Positions 48,481 to 60,100 of a stretch of DNA of 64,000 nucleotides are shown here, piece after piece (position 1 is the stretch's first letter; each line of letters opens with the position of its first letter). The notes under the pieces are model-generated. The model had not been told where the DNA came from, ran no database searches, and saw only the letters and a program-made list of their open reading frames with translations. Made by a program: the position numbers and the translations under genes. Source of the stretch: Takakia lepidozioides (taxonomy: Eukaryota; Plantae; Bryophyta); contig CM060731.1 of NCBI GenBank assembly GCA_030704615.1, forward strand, positions 40,114,001 through 40,178,000. The letters run 5' to 3'.

Positions 48481-50214
48481 CAGGAAATTTCACGGTTGGA
48501 TAATCTAGGTAGTACTCCAAATACCCAAGAACGCGTTGCGCCACAAGATGTACACAATCTGGACAGCTCTTCCTCCAGTTCCGATAACACCACGAATAAG
48601 AATCCAGCTTCTCCAGGTGGACAAGAAGCGACATCGAGGGAGTTAGTTGAAACCCTCGGTCAAGGGTTCACACCTATGGAAGGTGACAAGCCATTGATTA
48701 TGTCACCGGATCTCGTTAACAATCGTCGTGAGCTGGTGTCCCATAATGTCACCCAGGATCTGGTTCTGGGTGTAGGTAACGAATGACAATTAGTGAATGT
48801 TTATTCGTACACACTTCTGAATACAATATGACAATATTGTAATTATACATACTTGTGAGTGGAATAATCCGAATGTTATTTCCATATGACAATATTGTAA
48901 TTATATATAATCCCAATGTTTTTCCTATATCCATCTTTCTGGACTTCCGAATAAAACATATTTCCACCCGGATACATATTTCCGTTCGCACACCTTTGTG
49001 GACAGCCACTAACCGATTTGGATAGCTTTTCTTATAGATCCAAGAATTCAATTCGGAGGAAATGACACACACAAGAAAAGGATCAAAGGACACTCAAACG
49101 GTGAAGAGACATATGGATCTGACAATGAGGGCCAGGTCACCTGAGCCGGTTCCACAAGTAACCTCCACTGTCCAGTCGATGTTGCCATCAAGGGACGCAG
49201 GGATTGAGTCGGAGAATCCTCATACTCGCGAGGAAGGAAAAGAGACAGAGCACCACAATCGCGTAATCCAACAACAGATCCCGATTCGGGTAAAACATTG
49301 GTTTTTTTCTTATTACTCTTATTATTGGTCTTTCAGTCTAATCTTCGGTATTGCTCAGTTCGGTAATTTTGTCAGATCATTTTGGACCACCATAGTCGTC
49401 ATCCGTGGGATTTTTCATTAATTTCCTGTAGATTCGTGAGACGACGTCTGAGGAGATCAAACACACGAGGACCGACTCTATCGAAACTGAGACGGTGAAG
49501 AGAAGAGTGGATCGAACAATTACTGTCGCTCTATTTGAGCCTTCTTGTTTGCGTTTGGGGATCATTTTTGTTATCTTCTTATGTCGCACTGAACCTCGAA
49601 TGTCCAATGGACGTTCTCGTCCTTTGTTTCTGGTTTGCTGGATGCTGGCCTGCTGTACGTCCTGGTCAACAAAGATGACCTTCTGGGGGAGTTTCGCCTA
49701 CATAACATATAGATCACAAGAACAAAATGGGCGGGCACAACCACTGAAGTCTTCAAATTCGGTCAAAGAGGTTTTTAACAACGGAAGAAAATAGCCCATT
49801 TCCAGTCCTTCTCTGAAACATTGGACTTGCTTTTCGCATAACCAATTCTCCCACTAAAGTCTCCCACTAGGAGGAGCCTTACTCAATCGTTGTTGACATA
49901 CAGTTTTTCAATTTGCCAGTCCTCAAGTTTTTTCTATGAGGTCTTCCTCCATTTTCCCTCTAAGCTCTACGACTTTTCTGCACCAAATTTTCATTTCATT
50001 TCATTTTCATACTTCTCATCTTTGGCCCTGGTTTAAGAGGGAATTTCACATGTCCTTTCCGTTGTTCAAATTTTAAGCAATTTTTATTTCTCATAGTTTT
50101 TATTTGGTGGTATGACTTTTTATCCTCTCTCATGTTTTCTTCAGATCCATTTTCTCCCATGAGATCCAGACGCTTCCCAAAAGTCGTTATATAACGCCAT
50201 TTTCTTTCCAAATC

Positions 50215-51850
50215 TATTCATACCATAACCATAGCCATAACCATAACCATTATGGTTATTGAAATGTCTTCTCCCTTCACATTTGCGCTAGTTTTTTTCT
50301 TTGTTTTGGATTGACATGCATTTAGGCATGTTACAGTTTGCTTTCTATGTTACATCTTAATACTAGGTCCAGGTTCCAACGACGAGTCTTTCATTTAAAT
50401 ACTTGTCCATAATATTAGGTTCGTCATTTTTTTTTTGCTTACTAGTACCCTACTAACAACACTAAGTTCTAGCGAAGTCTGGAGTTTTCCATAAGACTTA
50501 TTGTTTGTCTATTTTGTAACTTAAACAAAAACCCTAAACCCTTACCCTAAACCCTTACTAGAAAACCCTAAACATTTATCCTTAACCCAATACCTCAGAA
50601 CCCTTTCCCTTCCCTTTGCAAATGGGAATCAACTATCCATACCATAATTATAACCATTTTGGTTATCCAAATCTCTTCAATGTAACCAAATTTCCATTTT
50701 GTACCATACTAACACACATTGAGTTGTAGCGAGTGCGAGTCGTCCGACATGTATGCTCACCATTTCTGCCTTCGACCCAAGCCTTAAACCCTCGTCAAAA
50801 ACCCTACGCCATTGTTACGTCTAAACCCTTACCTTTCCCCTGCAACTGGGAATGAAGTATCCATACCATAACCATAACTATTTATGGTTATTCAAATCTC
50901 TTTGCCCTTCACCTTGTGCAAGGTTTTGCTTTTGGTTTGGATTGACATGCACTTACCTTTTTTTTATCGAACTTTGCTTTATATGTATCTTAATATCAGG
51001 TTCCAAGGACGAGTCTTTCATTTAAATACTTGTCCAATGCAATGACTACACTTCCATAATATTAGGTTCTTCATTTTTATTTTGCTTAGTACTACCTTAC
51101 TAACAACACTAAGTTGTAGCGAGTGCAAGTCTTCCGACATGTATGCTCACCATTTCTGCCTTCAACCCAAACCCTAAACCCTCGTCGGGAACCCTAAACA
51201 AAACCCTACGCCATTGTTACGTCTAAACCCTCACCCTTCCCTTGCAAATGGGAATGAAGTATCCATACTATAACCATATGTATCTTAATACCAGGTTCCA
51301 AGGACGAATCCTCAATCTAAATACTTCTCTGGCCCAATGACTCTTCAATAATATTTGTTTCTCTATTTTTTATTTATTTTTTATCCTTCTAACACACACC
51401 AAGTTCTAGCGACTATGAGTCTTCCATATTTGTTTGTCCAATAGTGTTCTTAAACCTGGCAAACTGAAAACCCTACCTTTATCATCACCCCTAAACCATT
51501 AATCTTACCATAAACCAATAACTTTAGTGTACTGCCCTAGTTACACTCCAAACCTTATTGTACTACCATGTTACATCTTCTCAATGTTTCATGCTCTTTT
51601 AATATTTTCTTTTGTTGGATAAGGTATGATAGAATGATTACAGGGATATCAAATTCCTCAACCATGTCTTAATTCTACCGAGTGTAAGTCCATCATATTT
51701 GTTTGTCTTTTTGTACCCTAAATCCAAACCCTAAACCCTTACCCTTACTGTAAACCCAAACCTTATTACACTTCTCTCTAGTTACACCCCAAACCTTATT
51801 GTACTACCCTAATACCTCTTCCGAATGTTTCATGCTATTCTAATATTTTA
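50215..51850. repeat. Subterminal complex tandem repeats with telomere-like AAACCCT motifs
   Basis: Recurring blocks (ATACCATAACCATAAC, GACGAGTCTTTCATTTAAATACTT, CTAACAACACTAAGTT, AAACCCTAAACCCT) in 3-5 copies. Confidence 0.85.
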
Positions 51851-52274
51851 CTGCCCTTGTCACATACAAAACATGATTCATTCCAATGGCGTGGTTTGTG
51901 AACATTGTGCTTCATATGAAGATTTAATCAATAAAATTACTAGCAAGTTGTATCGAGTATGGTAGAGTACGAGTTTGGCCCATGTTCAATGCGATCCATT
52001 TGTTTATTATGATGACCTGCAATGGAACATTACTTTATTCGACTTCCAAGTGAACGTTCAATGAATTGTTCAATACTGCTACTTCATATTGAGCACTTCA
52101 ATGTCAAATGGACCTCTTCTATGACACATTTTGAAAAGAAGTATGACATCACCTGAAACTTCACAAAGTTCAATCACACATTACACCATCATATTATTAA
52201 TATTTCAATTAAATTTAATACAAATAAGTTTAGTCCGGATTTAAGTCAAAAGTCCAGAATGAATTAAAATAGGG

Positions 52275-53370
52275 TTAACTCAAACAACTCTGAAACTGAA
52301 TCCCTATTAGGAACCTCCATAGCATGGGTCTGACCTTCCAAGGCAATCCTCATGAACAGTTTACCTTCACGTGCCTCACAATGGGGAAAATGATAGTTAA
52401 CATGTCTTTGAGTAGTCTTGGATATGCCTGGAAGTTGAGTGCCAGTCATGCACTTATGGAGTAGAGCCAAATGCAATTGATTCTCCATATCTGTCACTGG
52501 GATGCAGCATGCACTTCTCCCAATCCGTGACGGTGTAGGAAGAGATGAAACGATGATTGTAACTGAGATACACAGCTTCGCCCTGCAGATGCCAGAGTGA
52601 CTGAGCCACCTTCAGCCAAAATGCAATACGAGTCACCGTGCGCACTACCCTCTCCTTGACTACCAGGGAGTGCAACGGATACTTGTCAATAGGAGTCTGG
52701 ACTCGACAGAGCCCAACCTTCTCTTGATCAAAGGTTTTGCCAGAAAAAATCACAACATCCCGCGTAGAGAGGTGAAATAAATGTTGTGGGACGCCAGTAA
52801 TGGATTGTTCCCACTAAAAATCATCAGCAGGTTGATCGACAGTCCAGGCAGGGCGTATGTTTGTCAGCGCCGCTGCACTCCCACCTCGGACAAGCTCCCA
52901 AAAACGATAGCCACTAGGAACCTTTGGGTGCAGAAAGCTCTCAAGGTTGTTGGTGCGATCTCGCGTGACAACAAACTTGGGCACTCCAATCTGTGGCCAA
53001 GTGAGCAGTTCGCCTTGTCCAAGTCGCTCACGGATGACCTCCCGAGGTAAGCATTTGGCGATTTCCTTTACATGCAGCTTCTGCAACAGTCTGCCAGCAA
53101 ACGCACCCTGCTTGGCTTCAGCAATCTTGCGACGCTGCTCGCGTTTTTCTCCTTCAGAACTCACAGTCTTGCGCGCTTCAACAATGGCCGTCTGCTCAAA
53201 CTTCTCTATCCAGTAAGCCGAGGGCACATCAAGTGAAATCTCCGCGGTTCTCCCTCGTAAGGCCTTAGCACTTCAGGGGACGCAATATCATGCACAACAC
53301 TCAGGAAGACAGCTTCAAACGAATCGTCGTCAATCACAAACGAAGCAGTATCATTCGAACTGGAAGCCAT
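52275..53370 (-). pseudogene. 5' part of the integrase ORF (unknown N-terminal region + pre-integrase segment)
   Basis: Ends GTQLP...EGKLFMR..EVPNRDSVSEL, which joins (S)QLHHSSAFAGHLG across the insertion (1-nt offset). Stops and frameshifts present. Confidence 0.75.
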
Positions 53371-53617
53371 GGCCACCGTTTGCACAGTGTTCACTCACAA
53401 AGCAGGAAGACACAAGACACACAATATCAGCAGAAACAACATACACCAGGAGGGACAAATGATTGAACATAGTGGATCGCGCAACCATCTTTCTAGATTT
53501 CCCGTACAGCTGTCTTTCCACCATAGCCACACCGAACCTAGGCTATCATTAACAAAACACCCAAGCCGTTAGATTTAAATGCCCCCCATCTCCACCAAGA
53601 ACCCCAACACAAAGATA

Positions 53618-54050
53618 TGCTCTCGTCCTCTGCGGGTTAAGTCATGCACTTGGGATTGTAAGCTATAGAACTTTGCCAAGCTGACAGGGAAGGATCTATT
53701 GCAGAGCACACATACAATCTAAACCAATCGTTGCACGCAGCAAAGCATCAACACAGTTTCATCCAACGTCCTTCACACATCCACTGCACCAGTTTGTACA
53801 CCCAAAAACATCATGCCTAAGCTTGACGATCTCTTCATTTAAATAATCGGGAGAGGCTAATCTGGAGATCCAGATGCAGCACTCTTATTGGACGTGCAGA
53901 TTACAAGACCTCACATCCGCTAGCTCAGTTTCCAGGTTGGTTTATCTCGTGATTATTAACGTAGGACAATCACATAACCAAAGATAGTCCCTGTTATCAT
54001 TAATGTCCAACAACCTCATGCTTTTCATCCAAGGGACTGACAGGAGAGCA
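53618..54050. repeat. LTR-like direct repeat, right copy (TGCTCTC...GAGAGCA)
   Basis: 7-bp inverted termini with TG...CA; matches 31076-31507. Confidence 0.9.
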
Positions 54051-54098
54051 TATGCACCGCCATGGAATCTGGAGCTCCACAACATTGAAGGTTTTTTT

Positions 54099-54483
54099 CA
54101 GTGTTGGGCAGATGTTAACTTTTTTTAACATCTGCCGGTTCAGGTATTTGCCAGTGTTGGGCGGTTATTTGATATTTTTCATAACCGGCGGTTCTGGTTG
54201 CTTCAAATTTTAGGAAACAATTAACCTGCGGTTACGGTTATTGAATTTTTTATGACTAGATATAACCTACGGGTGCGGTTGCAAAAACCTCAAATAACCG
54301 GCGGTTTTCATCAAATAACCGCGGGTATTGGGCAGTTCTTTAAAAGGTTCTTTGCTCGGTTATTTGAATACCTGACCTCCGCCGGTTCCTAACTGGACTG
54401 GTTACTTCATTTTTTCACCTCCGCCGGTCATATATATATACCACCGGGTATTAGAGAGAAATTTAAATAATCGCCCAACATTG
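54099..54483. mobile_element. hAT-family MITE
   Basis: TIR CAGTGTTGGGC...GCCCAACATTG; 8-bp TSD GTTTTTTT/GTTATTTT; subterminal ATAACCG/CGGTT repeats; a second left terminus at 54152. Confidence 0.8.
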
Positions 54484-55494
54484 GTTATTTTCTCCTCTCA
54501 CTATTAAGGGGCCTGATTTGTGAGCTGTCACTCCCAGGTGTTTCCCTCAAAAAAGAAAAAGAAAAAATCAATGTGATACAGTTTTGAAATTTATACACAT
54601 TGCACTTTATTTGGATTTTTTTTGTTTTTTTTGTTTTTTTTTGTTTTTTAGAGAACAGGGGGGATGCCCTGGATGAATTTTATTGAAGGTTATTTGAAGG
54701 GAAAAAAATTAAATCCCTTGAATGCCCGCAGGCTTATTTCTATGTCCATATTTGAATCCAAAATTTATTCTGTTTAAAAGCTTCGCAAGAAGACTACTAA
54801 CTACTAACCTGGAACTTCCGGTTTAAGAACCTTATGTCCGTCTCCTGTCCGCACTCGACAGAAGTCATCCATGGATGAAAGTGCAGGCGGGATATTAGTG
54901 TGGGTGTGCAATGAATGTGCTTTAGCTTTCAAGGTGCAGATGGTAGGGCTGTGTTGTTTTGCAGCAAGGGGAGTGTGACATGTTTCCTGTCTTGGGCCAA
55001 TTGTCAAAACGGAGAGGCTAGATTGAAGTCAGGATTTCTGTGAACTTAAGGGTAGGAAGGAAACCCTAATTGAGTACACGGGAGTAACCCCAAGGAGAAT
55101 TGGAGCGAAGGGTTTCGGTCACGGGTGTCTTTGTGGTATGGTCGCAATGCACCGCTTACCACTTTCTCTTGTTGTCTATCGATGAAGGAACCTGTCAGAC
55201 TGCCAGTCACACAGATAGCAGCAGCCCGAGGACTGTCATTAGCACTATCTTGTTCAACATATTCCTCTACTATGTTTGTTCGCTGTGTTTGTCAACGTGG
55301 ATGGTGAATTGAGTGGACTGTGGAAAGGATTGCGGAAAGGCACTGTGATCTTTGTATGGAAAGGCTACCAGCTTATGGCGGGTGCAGCATTGCGAATTGG
55401 GCAGAATTCTGTGAGGTTTGGTGGTGGTGCGAGTGAGCGAGCTAAAACCCTAGGGGGAGGGCGGGATTGGGAGTGGCAACAGGATTGGAGCGAG

Positions 55495-55905
55495 ATGACG
55501 ACGCTGTTGATACACGCGTGCTCGCCGTCGCTGTCGACAGCGAAAGTGGAGGCCAATGTGGCAGCGAGGCCGTATGGGATTGTGGCGCTCCTCCCTGCGA
55601 GGGGGTTGGGCTCCATGAGGGGCCTGTCGTCGCGGGGATCCGCTCTGCGGAGGCATTCGGCGAGGAGGACTGTGTTGACGGTCCCGAGAGCGTCTCTGGG
55701 CCAATTGCCCGACCCCGAGAATGTGGACCTGGCGTTGGGCGCACTGTTGAAGTCGCCTGAGGCGTTGCAAGCGTTGCCGAGCCGGACTGAGAGACTATTC
55801 TTCACGCTGGCGGATGCCGCGGTGGCGACTGATCCCAGTCAGATGACGGACGCTGTGGTGCAGAAGCCGGACGGAGGTTGGCTGGCACTCATCACCAATA
55901 ATCTG
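55495..55905 (+). pseudogene. ALB3: ALB3/YidC chloroplast insertase 5' fragment
   Basis: Transit-like N-terminus, then RTERLFFTLADAAVA...QKPDGGWLALITN. Truncated before the YidC domain. Confidence 0.75.
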
Positions 55906-55956
55906 ACGGCTGATGCAGTTGTCCAAGTGAATGTTTAACACTGTCTATAAGTTTAC

Positions 55957-56108
55957 GCAGTCTGGTGATTTGTGATAGGTCTCTGAGAGGATAGTTGAAT
56001 GTGGCATATCCCCATCATTCAACTATACCACCTGCAGTCTGGTGATTTGTGATAGATTTCTGAGAGGACAGTTGAATGTGGCATATCCCCATCATTCAAC
56101 TATACCAC
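55957..56108. repeat. 76-bp tandem duplication containing a small hairpin
   Basis: GCAGTCTGGTGATTTGTGATAG...TAGTTGAATG-loop-CATTCAACTA present twice. Confidence 0.85.
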
Positions 56109-56853
56109 GTCCATTTATGTGCTGCTCATTCTTTCCCAGAGTTTAGGATTTTCTATCCTCAGTTGCTCAACGTGAATGGCATCATATCAAATAGAGTCCT
56201 TTTCTAAGTCCCCTATAAATTTCATGGCCAGATCAAGATAAGCTTCTATAGGGTTGTGGTCCACGGTATCCTTGGCTACCTGTTGTCTTTCATAGTAGTT
56301 TGTTCATGTTGCCTTGATATGAGCGTGAAAATCCTCTGAAGTATACATGCCAAATTTTGCTCATTTCTTTGTGCATGCTTTTCCTGCATGTCCTGGAAGG
56401 GGCTGCAGAAGAGCAGAAGTTTTTTTCGGTATGCTTTATCAGCCCACTGGCATGAGGATTGACAGAGATCCCTATGGAGTTTATGAAACCCTAGACTTCA
56501 AGATTTTGTGAATTTCGTTTGGACACCCACAATTCTGTGTTTGGAATCTTATGGTGAGAATAGTAAGTGCACAGAGTTTTAGGTTGAAGTATGCATTTAC
56601 CAAAAAGAAGTGGCAAGAAGGGAACTGAAGTGAAATGGCACAGGGGTTTGAGGAATTGTCATATACTGAAGATTGCTGGGTTGGCCTTTGTGTTGGTCCC
56701 TGTTCCTTTCATCTTGCATTTTTTATGACATATGCGCTCCTTAGGGTAGTCAATTTTGGTATCTTCACCACTAGGATCTCAAAGTGTAACTCTTTGGAGA
56801 TTGAGAGGATTATGAGTATGGTGATTGATGAATGACTGTCTATGACTGGGCAG

Positions 56854-57142
56854 GTAGCTTGGACGATTTTGGAATTGCAACAGGAGTTGAGCTGGAGGAG
56901 TTGGAAGCGGAGCGCTCGGTACCCCTTCCATCCTGCTGGTTCTATTTTGCAACCATATGGGGACCCACTTCAGTAAATGTCTGCACAAATGGACAAAACC
57001 ATTAGCGAAAGTGTAGGGACATCACAAACCAAAAATAACCGACATTTTGTGACAACTTGCAGAGGAAGAGCATGATGTGACATGGTTCAAGCTGGAGAAG
57101 GACAAACCATATGAATGCTCTGTCTGCAGCCAAGTCTTTCAG
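56854..57142 (+). pseudogene. COX5B: Cytochrome c oxidase subunit 5b fragments (middle exon(s) missing)
   Basis: LDDFGIATGVELEELEAERS (56859-56918) and EEEHDVTWFKLEKDKPYECSVCSQVFQ (57063-57142), with splice sites. Confidence 0.75.
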
Positions 57143-60100
57143 GTAAATGTCAAGCGGTCTTCCACAAATCAGATACTTCCCACCATCAGTTTGTGTATCA
57201 GACCTAATGACATTGCACTTTCATGGCATGATGGCCTAATGCTGCCAGTACTCCTCATCGCTTCGCAATGTCTCCATGCAGATGATGCAGCCAGCTACTG
57301 CAGTATGTATGCGCACTTACCCGTCCATTGAAAAGGCGGAGCAATTAATTGGGGTCTTTCGTGATGGCGTCGAAGATTTTCTTGTCAATGATGAGTGTGT
57401 GACACCGGAGGGAAGACCTTCACACAATTGCATACAAGCTATTGATCAGTTGCTGAAGAAAAGCGAGGTTGCAAAAATCCGCTTAGTTGTTTCTGTTGAC
57501 ACCCTTGGCCTATTCGAGGGGATTTTGGAGGTAATCCTTATTTAATTACTTAGCAACTACTATATTTTGTTATATATCTAATGAGTTCCATGTGCTTGTT
57601 ATTAAAGGTGTACTAGAGTTTGGTGTGAGTGGATTAAAGTTGTAGATTGAATGGGATTATTTTGATGAAAACGGGATATTTACGTGCAGGATTCGTCATC
57701 TGGATTCATCCTCTTCCGACAGGATGATTTTCTTCTATTGCATCGGCATCCATTCAAGGGTCGTGATGAGCCAGCAGAGCCGGATGACAGAGCTGCTTGG
57801 GACTCTTACAAGTGAGGTTGGCATTGGGCTGGTTTCTTTGCGGAGCTTATTCTGACAGAGGATGATCAGAGTATGATTAGAGCACATTGTGCCAAAGTTC
57901 TTGATGGAACCAACATTCCAAGGTATGACTTATCCAAAAGACCTAATCAATCCACAAATTTTTCATCTTTAGTTTTGTCCGTTTCGATTGCACAACAACA
58001 AATTGTCATAGTTGTTTTCATCTTTTTTACTGAATTACACAACGACATGTACTTAATTCCACTTGCATTACTTGCAGTGTTATAGATGAGGTCTCGTACG
58101 AGCGATTGAAGAGGTCGAGAGGATTGCCTCTTTCAACCTTTTAACGCCATCGTACGAGTCTTTTCTGAGGCGGAGCTTACGATTGCCAGGTCAGCAATAG
58201 ATTGAATAAGATTAAATAGTAGTGTTGAGTTTGATGTCAGATTGGGAGAAGCTTGTGCAGTGGAGAGTTTGTCCATTTTTTCGAGAATCGTTGTTTCTGA
58301 AGTGAAGAAGAGTTCTGGATTGTAGGTCGGAGGTTTTTTTGGTGAAGATAGGAAAGAGCTTGCGAGGGTTAGGTTTCTGGAGACTCGATATGAAGCAGGA
58401 ATTTACGTTTCCAGATTCTGATGGCAGAGTTTCTTGGGTTTTGCAGAGGTTGACCTATGCTAAGTTCTGAGGGGCTATAAGGTACTAGATTGGTAGGACT
58501 TAAAGATGCCTAACAGTGGCAAAAGGACTATTTATATACAAGGTGACAAGGATGCGGAGCCGAAGAAGATTTTGTTGGAGGACAACAGTAGTAGACACTT
58601 TGCAGTAGTGACCTTGGATCTTGGATCGGCTGGTTTAGGGATTCTAGGTGAGTCAAAGCTTGCAGCCCAAATTCTTTGCTGGCCTCATCAATTTAATTCA
58701 ACACCTGCAATCTATAGGCGTCCGAATAGAAGAGCGAGGTTCCACCTTCCTTGAAACCGATCATAGTGACAAGCGCATGTTTGTACAGACCGGTGCTCAG
58801 TGCACCAATTTTTTAACATCTACTGCTTAATATCCTGAACCTTGGAAGAATCTGTTACCGATTAGCAAACACGTGACTATCATCTGTACTGTGTAATTAC
58901 GAACTTGCATACACTTTAGAGTCTATTGAGAAGCAAGTTGGCTGGATGGGTTTCCATCGCCACCAAGAACTACCTACTGTACCCATTGTTTGTACATTAT
59001 TTGTCCAGGACCCCTGGCACTGCCCCCGAATGTTGATGTCTGCTCGGTGGCGTTGATCAATGACATCCAGAAAGAGTGGATCCACCTTGATTTCGCTTCT
59101 CACATACACCTGTGCATAATCAACAGGCGAGAGCTTAATCAGAAACAAGAAGTGTAATCATTCCTCAACACCCAATAAGACATTGAAGACCATCTGTCCA
59201 GAGAATTGATCCTAAATCTCACGTTTTCTTAAGATTTCATTGTTGAAGAATCGTTTCCTACAACATCTTGCATGCGTTCACAGAGGAACACAAAGCAAAC
59301 CTTAATTGTGGTACCCAAACAAATCAAAGCACGCGAATTTCAATGCAGTACGTCATAATGATGCCTGTGCTTCCAAACCTTGATGTCACCCTTCACTGTA
59401 GCTTTAGCATGAAGAACCATTTCTCGTTTCGGTACATGATGAAACAAATCCTGCAGTTGATGGGTTGCTTCAAGTCCACTCATCCTGCAAGGAAGTTCCA
59501 GCATTTGCTCACTCTGCGCTCCCTGGTCTCCGGGATGTAGCTGTCTTACAAAACACCACATCACTTCACTTGAGCCCTAAACCACAGGCAAAAAAAACCT
59601 CATTACCAGTTGTCTATATCAAATTCAAAGTACTTGACATATACTTCGGAAGGGAAAGAGAGAGAGACGCACCACAACCTGTCCTAGCAGACTACCCCTG
59701 TAGAAAATCTCCATGATGGTCGCATGGAAACAAATCGGGGTGACATTAGGGTTTCGGACCATGACATAAATTGTGGTGTTGAGATCAATGACGGCGAGGA
59801 GCATAGACTCGGTGCTGGTGTGGAGACTGAAGCCACTCAGGGTGATGGATTTGATGATCATGGTGGGGTCTCGAGGTCTGTTGTACCAGCCAAATACTCG
59901 GGAATGGCGGCCATGGGTGATGACTATGATGGTGCCTTTCTTCGGTTTAGGCCTCTTTCGTCATTTTCACGAATAATAATCGTCTGCCCCGGATGCTCTG
60001 GATCATCATCACCTTCTAAGATAACTCTCTTCACCTTCCCATTCTCTTCGAAGACGATAGCCCTGTTTGTTTAGACACTGGATAAATTACTATGCTTAGA

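Larger units (their letters stand above)
32857..49615. repeat. Dispersed 24-bp palindrome AACCTCCACTG-NN-CAGTGGAGGTT (~15 copies)
   Basis: Copies start at 32857, 34514, 35631, 36669, 37705, 39755, 41325, 41542 (perfect), 41662 (half), 43669, 44549, 45692, 48004, 49160 and 49592. Confidence 0.95.
32678..52274. mobile_element. 19.6-kb TIR DNA transposon (DUF7869/Sola-like transposase) with multi-gene cargo
   Basis: TIR 32678-32705 CACTATTTTAACTAATTCTGGACTTTTG vs 52247-52274 rc CCCTATTTTAATTCATTCTGGACTTTTG (25/28 identical). Flanks are TTGA (32674-77) and TTAA (52275-78). The insertion splits an integrase ORF. Confidence 0.92.
31076..54050 (-). mobile_element. Gypsy-integrase-bearing element with direct repeats, ~3.4 kb once the nested insertion is removed; no RT/RNase H seen
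   Basis: Direct repeats at both ends. One degenerate ORF runs 53370->52275 and continues 32677->31835. Confidence 0.75.
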
